Source: Octopus sinensis
Lineage: Eukaryota
Length of the DNA stretch: 61,622 bases
Reading direction: 5' to 3'
Assembly: GCF_006345805.1 (NCBI RefSeq)
Contig: NW_021832242.1
Location: 1 to 61,622 of the forward strand
The notes under the pieces were generated by a model, which was not told where the DNA came from, searched no databases, and saw nothing but the letters and a program-made list of their open reading frames with translations. A program made the position numbers and the translations under genes. This document shows, piece by piece, positions 1-13,900 of this stretch (the stretch's first letter is position 1; the number at the start of each line of letters is the position of its first letter).

Positions 1-730
1 ATTTGTTAATTTCATATTTACGCGTTTAGTGAGAACTTTATACAGGTTTGGCAGCATGTTATGGGTCTGAGGTCTTTTGGCAGATTCGAGTTAGGCTTCT
101 TTGGGATGAGGTAAGTAATCCCAGTGTAAAACCAATTGTTCGGTATGTACTCTTCTTTACAAATTTTTAAGACTTCAGTATAGATATACGGATGTAAAGA
201 TTCGAAATGTTAAATGAAAAAATTATACACCCTGTCGCAGCCACAGGATCTCCAATTTGGAAGATATTTTATAACATCTTCGAAAAGTTCTTGACTAACA
301 GAGAATATATCAGATTCTGCCCAGTTTGTCTGACTGGCAAGTTCATTTTCTCATTTTGACAGGTATTGGTTCTTTTAGACCAAATATCTTTCCAAAGTGC
401 ATCTACAATACAACAAATGCTAGAGAGGAGCACATTACATAGCGACAGCATATTGCTGTTTGTCGTGTGCCTAGAACTACTAAGCAGAGTCCTCACTGTC
501 TAATTCGAACAAATGTCGATCGAGCATAATGAAAAGTGTTATAGCACTAATCATCTCATATTCATAGTCGATATTAAACTGTTCCCTCAGTCTTCGGGGT
601 TCCAGTCTTTTCCTGACATTTATTCAGCGATGAACGCTGGACTGCATATCCTCGGAGGTCTACAGAGCCAGAGAAGAGGAGGAGGAAAAAGTACCACTCC
701 CTGTTCACTTCAAAAGCTTGGGACTTAGTT
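1..730 (-). mobile_element. Decayed RLE-type (R4-like) non-LTR retrotransposon fragment, N-terminal part of RT
   Basis: Minus-strand frames give WFYTGITYLIPK...DLRPITC(L)PNLYKVLT, the RT domain 1-2 signature; frameshifted. Boundaries approximate. Confidence 0.6.
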
Positions 731-899
731 AAACAATTAATTAGTTTCTTTGTATTAGTGTGATATTTATATGCATTTCGACATTTAAATAAAAAAGTCT
801 GACAGATTAAAAACTACTCCGTTTAAAGTAATATATCAAATGTTTTTAAGCACAAATCTCATTACAGTTTTTTCTGTATGCAAAGAGGTGGAGGTGGGA

Positions 900-2800
900 G
901 ATGATTCTCATCGCCGATGAAGAGTTTTAATTAGTAATGTGACCAGAAAAGGTAGGATATTCCCTTTCTGTAATTCGTTTATTTCTTTGGCAAGTGAAAT
1001 GTTTTTATCTTTTAATTCATCATTGGCGTATTTTGACAAGGAAAAATCATCGATTATTGCTAACTGTTAAACTTACATTTAATTTCAGTAGTTCGGGCCT
1101 TATAAACGATTACTTCGCCATTCAGGCGAGTCAAATGTCCGTTCAAATTATTATTTTCTAAAGAGAGTCGTTCTTTCTCTTGCTTTATACTTTTCAACCG
1201 AGAATTAGTAGTTGAGATAAGAATCTCCTTATCTGTCAATTTCTAGAAAATGACCAAATCGATGTCTACAGTTTGTGTCTCAACAAGACATTTATGGACA
1301 TTTGAATAAACCACAGCGTCATTATTAACATTGCTATCGTAGATTCATTTTGAGTTGTAATTTAGATAGAATGTCCTTGTAAGTTCCAATTTCTTTAGTA
1401 AAATAGGCCACTTGGTCCTCATCTTCTACTAAATTTTCCTTATTAGTCGCAATTTGCTGCTTCAGCTTGATATTTTCAACAGTGAAGCTTTCAAGTTTAT
1501 CAGTGCTATATAAAATATAAATAAATGTATCATTCACTTCAATTGTCAACAAATTAAGCTTCTTTTCGGTTTCTTTTAGCCGAATAGTCAATTCCTGGGT
1601 AGACAAATTATTCAACCTTGTACTAGACACGTGAGATCCTTTTTTTCAATTTTTAATCTCTCTTTTTAATTCTTCGATATTCTAGCTACCATCCACGCTT
1701 TTCTTAGCATTATTTCCTTCGAAGGACTTTGGAACAAACATACGAGAGATTGGCAATTCCTCTACAACGTCGTCAAAATACTGAATATCAATCTCTCCTT
1801 TAACCTCAGGCACAACAGGAGGGATAGCTCCAGTCAAAAGGCCTCTAATAACTGACTTTGCCTGGTTAGAGGTGTGCACGTCGTCGGGAAACTCTAGGCT
1901 CCGTTTATAGTCCATAATCTTTGCATAAGTACCAACAAGCGAATCCGCTAACACCCCAATCGACCAATAATCACACTCCACTCCATATTTCGTTGCAGAA
2001 GATTCGGATTGGAGAACCTCAGGGAAATGTAATCCGGAGTGCCTACAGCAGTCGAAGAAGTTACAAACCCATCCTAAAAATATAAATGTTAACTATAAAC
2101 TCGTCTAATTCTACACACGTGCCAAAGTCAGCCAATTTCACATGGCCTTTAATGTTAATAAGAATATTTTCAGACTTAATGTCTCTATGGACATATCTCA
2201 TTCCGTGAATGACGGGAACAGTATTAATAACTTCCGTGATATAGAACTTGGGCCATTTTTCACTCAGGTGATAATCCTCAATGATTTTGAGAAGGTTGCC
2301 ACCAGGAACGTATTTCATGACCATATACAAGTTATGGTGCAGTGCTTGAAGAATTTGGCAGTTTCGCGAAGCTCTGGGTTCGAATCTCACTGCTATCATT
2401 CCGGCCGAAGGTTCCATGCATATTACATGCACCCTGGATTGACGAGTGACGCCGTCATCAGTGATTTCACTGCGGAACCGGATGTCTACATCAGCCACAG
2501 CACGAGAGAAAAATAGATGCGGGGGGACAGCTCGTTTGGATTCGTTCGTTTGGATTAGTTAGTTCCTAATAACATGTTCTCTCTTTCTATCTTGATCTTA
2601 TGTGGCTGGCCAGTGCGAGATTTCACATTAAGTTGCGATCTCGCGGAACGGCTGTATTGATTATTTGATATACAAGTTATGGTAGTCCTGAAATTAGTAG
2701 TTCAGCTACAATAGTAAGAACAGGCATTCTCACCGCAACAATCCACTCACTAGCAGCATTTGCCATTATTTTTAAAGACACAAGCTTTATAAATATTTAA
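900..2800 (-). pseudogene. ROCK: Rho-associated kinase (ROCK)-like pseudogene: kinase domain, AGC tail and start of coiled coil
   Basis: IMANAASEWIVA|L..FQDYHNLYMVMKYVPGG, HRDIKSENIL, LADFGTC, ECDYWSIGV, ADSLVGTYAKIM, PVVPEVKGEID match ROCK motifs. It has a 28-nt intron (2706-2733), a stop codon, internal deletions and a SINE insertion. Confidence 0.75.
2339..2667 (+). mobile_element. tRNA-derived SINE-like insertion (329 bp) with 16-bp TSD
   Basis: ATATACAAGTTATGGT at 2323-2338 and 2668-2683; removing the insert restores ROCK coding. A-box-like TGGTGCAGTGC (2335-2345) and B box GGTTCGAATC (2377-2386). Confidence 0.7.
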
Positions 2801-3107
2801 TCTGATTAATATTCATGACGAAAATATTATTAAAATAATAACAAATTAAACAAATTAATTTATCTCCATGAATAACTAAAATTACAGTCTAGACGACCGG
2901 TCATGTCATTAGTAGGGCAACCAATTGCAATTTTTTGCAATTAAATATAATTTAATTAAAATTCGATAAATAATAAAGTAATGAATAGACATTATTTTAA
3001 TTATATTTTTATTCGATTTAAATTTGCAATTTTTTGCAATTTTTTGTAGTCATTTTACAATTTTTTGCAATTTTTTTAAATTAAAAAAAAATTTTTTTAT
3101 TAAAAAA

Positions 3108-4896
3108 TGTCACAGTCCGAATAAAATACACGCCGAATAATTACATTCTTTAATTTTACTGAAATTAAAAATTTACACAACAAATGTTTAATTATTATTA
3201 AAAATATGATTTTTAATGTAAAATTCATTAACCTTTTTTACTAATTTATATAAACAAAACCAACCACACTCAATTTACGCAGTTAACTTATACGTTTGAA
3301 TATTGTTATTCCATTTTAGGTTATCCTAATAAAATTTTCATATAAAATTATCGTTAATTTAAATAAAAAATTATTTTTATTATGGATTTATGAAAATTAA
3401 TCAATTTTAGCTAATCGAGAAATATGAATTCCGTGTAACCGCTCACCGTCCTCCTTTTCGATAACATAGAGATCATTTCTTCGCTCGACAACAATATACT
3501 TATTAACATCAAGTCCATCGTACAGCGGATACTGCCGAACATTGGCATCGTTGTCCTGTCTAAAAATTAATTTGACGCTTGAGACCTTAAAAGCACAGTC
3601 GTTCCGACATTGATATTTTCTTCGTCGTATCTCCATTTTCTTTTTTCAATCATTTTTTCGCCAGCAATAATTAAGTTTTCTAATGCACTTTCTCGTGCCT
3701 CTGATAATCCAGTTGAATCATAGGCTAAAAGTTGCTCCATTCCCCCTTCATCAATCCTTCCAGGATTTTCAACACCCATGAATATATAAAAATGGATTTT
3801 TTGTCGAAGAATGAATGCTGTTATTGTAATCATACACGATGTCCTTTATGCATTCGCGATATCGTCCAAAACAATTTTGAGAAGAACTTGCCGACGATAT
3901 CCAGCGTTTTATGCTTTGATTAAATCTACAAATCGATTTTAAATCATTAACCTTTCGACTTGCCCTTGTACCCAAGGAGCACGAGGCCTCCCACGTACAT
4001 GTTTTATACCATATTTCGTACATAGAGCATCCATTTGCGAATTGCAAAATTCCCTTCCATTATCAGTGTGTAGAATAAGCGGAGGCCCGACATAATAAAA
4101 AATTCTTTGGAATAAATCTGCGATTTCTTCAGAAGATTTGGTCACCGACAGTTCAAGCATTACATATTTGGAAAAAGAATCCACAATTACCAAAATCTAT
4201 TTATTAACATTAAATTCATACCCAGCTAAAGCCATCATTCAACGCCGAATATCTTCTGATGTCAATTAAATCCGCAATGTATCTGTCCCTACATCTCCTT
4301 GCAATGATTGGCGTAATCGGAGGCTTCGTAGACAATAATTTTTCGACTAAGAATATTTACTAAAAGGAGTTATTACCTGACAGAAAGCACAATTCGAAAT
4401 CACCTTAGAGATTTCTTCTCTATTCAATCCATAATAGAGATTTCTTAATTTCGAAAAAAGCCGGTCTCTCCCAAAGTGGTTATAGTTATGTTCCGCCTAA
4501 ATTTTATTTATTAAGTTGGACCTCAACGCACTTAAGCTTTAATTCGATTTCATCTTCACAGAAAAAACGCAATTTAAGCCCTTTTTCGAAAATATGTTTT
4601 TCCATTTTCAAAATGGAAATTCTTTCCCAATTTTGTGAGCCTGTATCGCTCATGCCGCTCGATTGACGATGTATCAAAGTTGGAGTCTTTCATTTCTTTG
4701 ATTTTGTCCAGTGTTTCCTTAAATAATCTCACTACACGCATGTTTCACGCTTTTTTAAATAAAAAATAATAATGTGATTCTACTAAAATAAATAATCAAT
4801 TATTGATTTTTTCATACTAATTTTAGATTTCTAATTTTTTCAGCCATTTGTGACAAGTGTAGATTATTCGGCGTGTATTTTATTCGGACTGTCACA
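3108..4896 (-). mobile_element. Ginger-like DNA transposon with retroviral-type integrase
   Basis: 34-bp TIR starting TGTCACAGTCCGAATAAAATACACGCCG (1 mismatch); AAAA flanks on both sides. Spliced integrase (about 4741 to 3397) has HHCC (HNYNH...CAFC), D (IADL), D (HTDNGREF) and E (GQVER); 4 mini-introns; frameshifts. Confidence 0.85.
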
Positions 4897-4953
4897 AAAA
4901 ATAATATAATTATAAGTAAAAGATTATTAAAACGTGTTTTTTTGTTTGTTGTA

Positions 4954-6421
4954 ATGGGTAAAAAGGACAGTGTCACAGAAAATTCATTTTATGCAAAGAA
5001 ATTCCCCGAGTTTGTTATTGACAGTGAAGGGAATTTATTTTGCTCCAATTGCTCAACTGTTGTACGGTGTGACACAAAATTTTTGTTGATGCGCACCGTT
5101 CTTCAAAAAAACATTTAAAAGCACACAGTATTTCTTTGAATTTAAATTTATAGAATGGACAAATTCATCTCAGAGTTCACAAACATTTCTTTCGGCGATA
5201 ACGGATACTCGAAAGGATTGGGGGATCAAAGTAACACAAGCGTTTTTGGAGGCAAACATACCAATTTATAAAATCAGACATCCTTCCCTCATACGGCTTT
5301 TTGAGCAGGAAACATATCCTTTGCCATCTGAATCATCTTGCAGGTTAAATGTTAAAGAAATATCAAAATATAAAATTAATACCATTCAGACTCATTTACT
5401 GTTGTTTTTTTTAAGTTATTCAATAGTGGGGAATGGTTTTTTTTGTTTGTGATGAAGCCCAAATCAATGGAACTCGTTTTTTAATTACTTTGATTGGGAA
5501 AATCTCCACTCCAAAAAATCTTCATTTAGTATCGTGTACCAATCTATATTATCCGCCTACTACTTCAACAATTTGTGTTGAGGTGGACAAAGTAATAAAG
5601 AAATTTTCTATTGAACGTGAAAATTTTATATTATTCGTTACAGATGGGGCGAGATATATGACCAGTGGTATATATAAATAAATTTAATTTTAGCTGGGGC
5701 ATCAATGAAATTGATATACCAAAATCTTTTCCACGTGACTTGCGTGTCACATTTATTGCACAACTGTGCTCTAAAGATTAAGGCATACTTCGCAGATGTT
5801 GATGAATTGATTTCGTCTATAAAGGCTGCCACAGTCAAAAACAAGAGACGTTTGGAGATGTTTTCACGAATCGGAAATCCACCCGAAGTTGTGGTTACAA
5901 GATGGGGAAGCTGGCTAAAAGCAGCAAAATATTACTCCCAGAATCTTCCAGAAATTATTAAAATCGTATCTGAATTTGAAGGAGATGGAGTTTTAATACA
6001 AAATGTTTTAGTTTTTAATTATTTTAGGCAAAAAAATCAGTGAATAATCCTACGTTGTTTCCAAGCTTAACCCAAATCAGTTCAAATTATTTGGGATTAT
6101 TGAAATGATTTCAAATACTGAATTGCTTGATTACTCCATTGCAACAGCTTATGGTGATCTAACACCCTAGACTTTACATCAGATCCATGCGACATAAAAT
6201 CCTATATATCAAAAAAGCTTGAGAAATCAGGAATACTAAGTATTCTTGAATTCTCAAATAAGAATCTATCGCCAGAAGTTTATTCACATCTCAGAAAATG
6301 TAGCGCAAGTTCAGCATCTATCGAAAGGGCAATATCTCTTTTGACGAAAATTCTTAGTAAAGAGAGGAACTTTAAACCTGAAAATGTTCAGGAATATTTG
6401 ATTTCCTATTACAATAAATAA
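4954..6421 (+). pseudogene. hAT transposase (CGGBP-like type), frameshifted, 4 mini-introns
   Basis: N-terminal zinc finger (CSNCS..H), VCDE, VTDGARYM, CVSHLLHNCA, TRWGSW, SASIER. Introns 5128-5153, 5401-5426, 5668-5693, 6005-6027. Confidence 0.8.
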
Positions 6422-6554
6422 TTTCGTTAATTTTTTGCATAATGTAATGTTTACAATTAAAAAAAATATTTGTGCAATTTTTACAATTTTTAAAATTCAT
6501 TTTTGCAATTTTTTTTATTAAAAAGTGCAATTTTTTGGTTGCCCTAGTCATTAG

Positions 6555-6880
6555 TCTTAACGTGTATTTTCTTTTTGATAGAAGACAGATTATTTTTATA
6601 TCCCTAATCAAATAAAGTAATTATGACTAACTTTGGCCAGTCATACCCCACGGCCACTGCCATTACATTTCCGTCCCCACTAAAGAAACCACCCGTCAAT
6701 GGATTGGAATAATCACGTGAAGTACAAATCTTTTCTTCACTACGAATGTTCCAGCCATAGTAAAATCCGTCCTTCCAGCGTAAGCAGTGTTTTTTGACCG
6801 GGTGGAAGGCCATTTAGTTTATCTACCCACCCACAAAGCACCATGTGAACATTCTGAAGGTAAAATAGACAGGTGTGATA
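6555..6880 (-). pseudogene. RAE1: RAE1/Gle2-like WD40 mRNA export factor, 3' fragment
   Basis: MAFHPV...DGFYYGW...FFSGDGNVMAVAVGYDWPK resembles the Rae1 C-terminus (IAFHPV...FNHNGNIFAYASSYDWSKG). It has indels and a 28-nt intron (6604-6631); the last exon is interrupted by the hAT at 6546. Confidence 0.6.
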
Positions 6881-6949
6881 TTATTTTTAAGGAAGATTTA
6901 GGAAGTTTATTTTAACAAAGAAAGGATCATTCCCTATTGAAGAAGCAAT

Positions 6950-7690
6950 TTTCTAAATTTTATTTTTTAATTTACAATTTCATAAAACGTTCTCATTTAT
7001 TCTCGGACAGTCGAGAAATAGGGCTTTATACATGTTAGGACAATCTAGATCGTGATGATGTTATATTTGTTATTTGTTCTAAAAATTCATCGGGATAAAT
7101 TTCCATTTTACTCAATACATTTTCCGATCTATTCAATCAAATAGTCTACAACAATTATGTCAAAGAAATTGTGAATTTTCGAAAAAATGCGTATGATGGC
7201 TGCTCTTGCTTTTGTTACAACATTAAATGTTGCTCATTATTTTAAATATTTGTGATTACAATGATTTTCTAGAAAAGGCTTAACCCGTATTAGACTATGT
7301 AGAAGATAATTAGATAGGGTTTCTCGACTGCCAACATGTACGTCTTTGCTTGCGTTTTTTTTATTAATTGTGGAATTGTTTTGAGGAATCAAAAATTGCT
7401 GGTCCTAAAAAATAACTTTTGTGAAGTATGACATCATTCTTTTAAATCTTTAATTGAAGCCTACCATCCTACTATTTTAAAATTCTTTGATGTTTTGAAG
7501 AAGGAACAAGCAAGGAACAAATCTAAAATTGAACTGCTGATGTAGAAAAAACTACATAAAAGAAAAAATACAGAGATAATGCATTAAGAATTCAATATAT
7601 TGTAAATGACTTTGACAATTGCGAAATTCAATGTAATTATCGCAATGTAATTATCGGCGATGAATTTGCCGGTTACCGCCTTCTATGTGT
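6950..7690 (+). mobile_element. MULE/Mutator transposase C-terminal remnant
   Basis: Broken frames give LDYVEDN.IG, NNFCE..HHSFKSLIEAYHPTILKFFDVLKKEQ; short tandem AATGTAATTATCG near 7630-7660. Confidence 0.55.
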
Positions 7691-9699
7691 ACCACATCAT
7701 CATAGTGAGATATTGGATGCTGAATATTCTTAAAAGTTTTGAGAATTTTCATTAGAATTAATTTTTACTTCGTAAGCGAACAAGGGATTTGAGCCACGAG
7801 AAAATATTATTTTAAAATCATTTCAGATGTCTTTAAAATCATAGATGTGAAAACTAAAGTTTATTAGAGTCTAATTGTTAGGTTTTCATATTTCTTAAAT
7901 ATATAATAAGTCTGATACACGTGAAAGAAAGGTTTCGTGGTATAAATAAATAATTCTCTTTCTTTAAATTGATTAAAATTTTCCTCTCTTAATAAATTAG
8001 TTGAAGATCCACTTAATGACGGTATAAATCTACTTTATGAGTGAATGTGTTCTTTAGATTATATTGGTGGATTTGTGAGTTTTTATTATTAGAAAAAAAT
8101 GGAATTTTGATTTAAACATAGAATTCACTTTTTAAAATTATTTCAGAATAAAAAACAAATTTTTTTTGTTTAATGTATCGTATCAAATAATTTTATCTAC
8201 ATTTTTTAAGGCCTTCTAATAATATTTATTTTTTGTGTTCTATGCGCACGAAAAAATTTTTATTGTTAAAAAGTATTATGTCCTCAAAATAAACTGATTA
8301 TATACATAATACGTGCATTCGTTTCCATTCTCAGTCAATGATCAGTACAGTTAACTTAAAACCTCGAAATGAATTATTTTGAACTACCGTATTTACGGGA
8401 AACGACATAAAATATTTATAGCTATGACAAAAACGTGGTGAGTGTGATCGTTTAGCCTCAACTTTTATGACCTTTGATCTTCTTCCCAATTGTTCCGTCA
8501 TCTACTTTCCCGGAAACTCATAAAATTGACCAAAGAACGTACTTTTTAATTGAATATAGATTTTTCAACCATGGCGTCAATCCAATCAGTGACAATCAAG
8601 AAAAAGATTGGGAGGACATGGTAAGAGGGTTGACAACCATCAAGTTTTGGAAAAGACGAATAGTCTTATCGCTATAAGAGAGGAACTGAGAATGTCAGTA
8701 AGGAGTTGACTCTTTTACTACAATACGAAAGAGAGAGGTGTCGATACGTAACATGTCAGCGGATAACTGTCCTAAAAGAAGAAACATTAATTAAAGATAA
8801 TTATTTGATTTAATTATATTCTTGCTCTGATATTAGAATAAGAGTTTTGCTGATTATTCTAAGATCCAGATTCAAATCTTTTTATCATCCCAAGGAAACA
8901 CAGTCATTATATCAGCGAATATAAAGAAGGGATGTAACTGGCCTGTTTGTTAACGTTAAGGAAAGAGGATCTTAAGAGTAAGAATCAGTTTTTCCCTTCT
9001 GTATGTTAAGCTAGTCTCATTACATTTAAATAGATTTTTCCAGTTTTTCCCCTTCCGTTGGATTCCATCCTACCATATTTGTAGAACAGTTATGTGGCAT
9101 GCCAAGCAGTCTTCGGTGTGTCTTCTGAAGTGTTAGAAGCCTTAAAAAGACCCACTTAACTCCCTTAACTGGGCATCTCAGGCATCCTTAATCACCCGAG
9201 AAGAAATCCTAAGATGTATCAGCTTGTGTGCCGAAGATAGCATTCTTCTTAACCAAGTCAATCAAAGAGCTCTTACTAGATTTTTTGTAAGAACCATCGC
9301 TTTGTTCACAGTGACAGTCCTGTTTTTGTCAGAGAAGTACTGGTTGACAAGCCTTTTTTTTAAAACGAAAGATGAGAGATTTGTCAGATTGTTTACGTTC
9401 TCACTAACCTGACATCTAGAAACGGTCAAAAATTTTAAAAACAAAATATTATTGATTTGAAATTTGAAAAATGAATTGATGATTAAATTGTTATAGCACA
9501 CTTTCCATGCCAATTTAATTTTTTGGTGTCAAAAATGGAGCTTTTCCCTTTTATGCCCCGCAACCACTGAAAGTCGCATTTTTATTGAGATTGCATTTAT
9601 ATACTTTTTACTATCATATGAAGTATCAGATTATGGATTACTATCCATATGGCCATGCGGCCATTTATTATTTACTATTAAATTACAAGTAAAAAGCTA

Positions 9700-10075
9700 A
9701 TCAATTACAGTTTTAGTCTGCTACAATATTTTTATTAATTCGTTTAGAAAATTTATGTAAAAAATTCTGTTTAAATTCTTTGATAATTCCAATTTGGAAA
9801 GTAAAGTCGAGCTTATTACTGTTTGCCTCACAAAAACTTTTAAAACATGAAAAGTGTGAAAATTGACGTACTCCAAGTTGTGACTCGAATAACATCATTT
9901 TTTTCGAAATGCTTTAATTATCCTGTAGAAATCACAAATCAAGTTTTCCTTTTCTTGTAATTTCAGATTTAGCTCATTACTGCTAGTTGTAACATCAACC
10001 AAAAATGATAATTTTGATAGCCAAGCAAGATCTGATAATTCCGAATAATAGTTATTTTTACTGGTTAGAAAAATA
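9700..10075 (-). mobile_element. hAT (Buster/GTF2IRD2-like) transposase fragment
   Basis: ELSDLAWLSKLSFLVDVT...LNLKLQ...ICDFYRIIKAFRKKMMLFESQL. Confidence 0.65.
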
Positions 10076-10138
10076 TCAATCTCAATTTGGAGTTTATAAA
10101 ATTTAATTAATACATTACCACACCTAAACCATCTAGGC

Positions 10139-10692
10139 CAGGGGTTCTCAACTTTTTTAGCTCAAGGGCCAAATCGATAATTAAGATTAGCTTCGCGGGC
10201 CGCACAAAAAATATTTTATATATTTTCCATTTTACTAAATATTGATTCGCATAAATATGTAGATTCATATATGCATTATGTGTTATATTTTTGAATTTGT
10301 CTTGAGGAATTAATTTGTAAAAATTAATAATGGACGCATTTTTGAACAATGCCGCCAGTTCTATATCATGTTGTAAATTAATGAGTTCTAGTTGAAACTT
10401 TGCAGGCGCATCCTTAATTTCCACGCTGAATGGAGTTGCGAATATTTTCATTAAAGGAAGGAATTCTTTAAAATTCTAAAAATTAAATTTATATAAATGT
10501 ACCCCAAAACGTGTTTCAAATTGATTAATTAAATCACCAATTATGGATATGTTTTTTTTTGTTTAACCTTAAGAATAAATAATTAAATTTAAACATTATT
10601 AAAAAATTAAAAAAGTTAGTTACTCTAGAGGGGCCGCAAAAAAAATCCTGGGGGCCACATGCGGCCCCGGGGGCCGCATTTGAGAACCGCTG
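10139..10692 (-). mobile_element. Non-autonomous hAT (Buster) deletion derivative, 554 bp
   Basis: TIR CAGGGGTTCTCAA / TTGAGAACCGCTG; perfect TSD ATCTAGGC. Retains transposase C-terminus (FQLELINLQ) and a 27-nt intron (10476-10502). Confidence 0.9.
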
Positions 10693-10961
10693 ATCTAGGC
10701 CTTAGATTAATAAGGTTTGAATAACCATACGGGGATCCATTTACTATTATTGCAAAATTGTCTAACATTTTGTCAATGTAGAAAATAGAGATGAATTATC
10801 CTTACTTTTTGACCTTTGTAATTTATAAACAACTAGCTCAGCAGTTCGCTTCGCTCACTGCGAGCTAGCTCCTGCGGAGGCCCTGCTCGCTACGCTCGCA
10901 GTTTCCTTAAATAAGTATAAATTTATGTAGATATATAAATGCGACCTGCTTTGATATAACC

Positions 10962-13900
10962 TTATTCTAAGGCCTGTGGATAAACGATGTTTGCAGTCCG
11001 TCCATCCTTGGCAATATAAATAAATTTTCTCTTCTACCTACCCTTGAGCACCCCACATACAGCTGGCCATGTGAAAAGCACTCGTTCTCTAAAAATAAGC
11101 CTACTACCTTTAAAGACTGTCCCTGGGCCTTGTTTATTGTCATAGCAAAACTTATCTTCAGCGGAAATTGTAGTCTCTTAAATCTAAAAGGTAATTCTTC
11201 CGAAATCAGAGGTATTCGTGGGATATAAACATCCTCACCTCTGTAATTACCTGTTAATATTGTCGCTTCTATTACGTTAGCCATCAAATTCTTGATAACC
11301 AACCTTGTACCATTGCATAATTTAGGTGGCGCAAGATTGCGGAGTAACACAACCGGTACACCTATTTTTAATTTCAATAGATGATTCGGCATTCCAGATG
11401 GATCTAAGGAATTTATAAATTCTACAGGATATTCGCAGGCCCTTTCATGGTCCATAATAACGTCGACCGATTTATATATTCTTTCTCTGCCAGGGATTTT
11501 CATTAATAAATCTAAATTTATATTATGTACCTCATCATTAAGTGGAGCTAATATAGCTCGTTCACGCAGCCAGTCGAAATTCACGTAGTGTTCAGATAGT
11601 TCGGAATAGACGGCATTCAATAATTCTTCTGCTGTTTCTACGAAAATACATAATTCTTCCGGTAGCCTAATTTTCTGGTCTTGCATTTCTGAAGTGATTG
11701 CCCCATTTCCAATATCTAGAGATTTGTGGGAATATGCTATTAACGCCTTGTAAATGTGCACGTACATTTACATCTAAGCTTACCTTTTTCACGTGTGTCC
11801 ACAAATATGACGATTTGAGGCAGGCATTCAATTCATCCGCAGGCGTCCCTCTTTGAATAATTGGCAGCGTCTGTCTAAAATCACCTGCCAATACAACTAT
11901 TGCTCCCCCAAATAAATGGTCGCTACAATTCTTGATATCTCTATATGTTCGATCAACTGCTTCGAATGCGCCTTTATGAGCCATCGTACATTCATCCCAA
12001 ACAATTAACCTAGAATGCATAATTCTATTACCCGTAGTTGAATTTTTTTTACATTACAAACCGGTTCAGTAGTATATGAGAGATTCAACGGAATGTTGAA
12101 TGTCGAATGTGCGGTTCGACCGCCATCTAAAAGAGTTGCAGCAATTCCAGAAGATGCAACTGCTAAAGCTAGTTTATTTTCGCTTCTGACCTTAGCTAAT
12201 AATAGATTTAGAAGATAGGTCTTACCTGTTCCACCCGGTGCATCAATAAAAATGATAGAACCGTTTTCTTCTTGGATGACTCGATTAATTTCTCTGTATA
12301 CCTCCAACTGGCCAGTGGTTAAGCTTTGTTCTCTTTCTTCCACTATTGTTCGAAGTTCTTCTAAATTATAATGCTCATCAAATGAATTAATATTATGAAT
12401 ATCGCTGATTATAAAACCAAATTCACCTACACTCTTACCAACGATAGATATTAGCAATCTATCTATCATGATTAATCCAATGTTGAAAATCTCTGCATCG
12501 AAACTCAATCTATTCTTCTCTCTTAATATATCTTCACACATGCTTTCTCGGTGACCTTCCCACAGTTGTTGTGGATTTGCTAACCCACAATGGGCTAGCA
12601 TCAAAGTAAATAAATACCTTAGTCGCGATGAGGAATCTGCAAGTTCAGCTTCTGTTAAAGTCTGATTCCAGTGATTATCATCCTCTAAAAGACCTAATTT
12701 AAAACAGGCTTCTCTGTATGTTTCGCAGAGTACTCCATCTACAGTCCGTAGATCAGTGAAAGATTCTGGCCCTCGTACGGTGTGCAAAAGTAACCTAACA
12801 CAATAACATTCAAAATTATTTGGATGCACTGTATATACTCTACCCAATGCATCTGCACTTACAATTCCTGAATGTCCATTTACTGGATTTCCTCTTATCC
12901 TTCTCTTAAATCTCTTCCCCGCGACATCCCATGTATAATATCTAGGAACATCAACATAATATATAGTCTTTGCAAATTGATCTGTACGACATAATTCGAA
13001 GAATGCCATCAGAGTTGAATTTCTTGCATTTGTAACTTGATTGCGTGCATTCTGCTCTGTGAAATAAATTCTTTGCCCATTTTCCAGGTGAACCCCTAAA
13101 TGCATAACCAATGGATATCTTTCATGAATCGGATATCCAAAAATTCTCCATGCTCCTTCATTACTGCAGATATAGCGTCCATGTTGATAAAAAGTTGGCT
13201 CATCACGTTGCTCTATTGAAAAGATTGCCTGATCTGACCCTTTATTAATGTACTTACATACATATTTAATTGATCTAATTGAATTACAAAATTCCACATT
13301 GATATGTGCATCAAAAATCTTACTTAATAGTGGATTATAAGGCACTATCCATCTGTTATCAACTGTTATTTCATTTTCTTTTCCTTCGTGGAGGGTTGCA
13401 GTATATCCTCCTTCAGCTGCTCCCCTTCTCTGGTAAAATGGAAATCCATTTTCACCTGTTTGCGTGTTAATTATTAAGTTTTTTGGGTACCCTTTAGAAC
13501 ACTTACCATCTTGCATACACGGTGATGATCTGTTATATATGCCACACGGACCATGTATCATATTTCTTTTGATGATCTCGTATAATTCTCTATCTTCATT
13601 TGGATTTGGCAATTCTGCCCGTATGCAATCGTCTATCTCTGTAGGCCTAATTTTAGTTACTAACCATACTAATATATGTACATGTGGTAAACCTCTTTTT
13701 TGCCACTCTACTGTATACATGTGGCATCTTGTCTTCCCAAAAATCTGTCCCTTGCATAGAAGATCAATCATCTTATCGACTTTTTGTTTAAAAACACGTG
13801 CTATGATGTCTTGTCTATACTCGACCTTTTGTCCTACAAATATGTTATCACTAATTTCTGGCCATTTCGGATTACACGTAAAAGTGATAAACAGATCCGG

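Larger units (their letters stand above)
2913..6546 (+). mobile_element. hAT transposon with TAGGG termini and an intron-containing transposase; hosts a Ginger-like element
   Basis: TIR TAGGGCAACCAA / TTGGTTGCCCTA; perfect 8-bp TSD GTCATTAG (2905-2912, 6547-6554). Confidence 0.9.

Noticed and set aside
2335-2395. tRNA gene
   Set aside because: The acceptor stem does not pair canonically and the anticodon loop is only 4 nt; it lies within a TSD-flanked insert, so it was called a SINE head.
2440-2470. Hammerhead ribozyme or C/D snoRNA (CTGATGA on the minus strand; also about 61070)
   Set aside because: No GAAA core after stem II and no downstream D box found.
2061-2498. Kinase ORF with a novel N-terminal extension
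   Set aside because: The first ~55 residues are antisense SINE read-through and the tail is intron read-through.
7700-9500. Possible gene or LINE remnants (ORFs 8474-8677, 9262-9513)
   Set aside because: No motif recognised with confidence; left unannotated.
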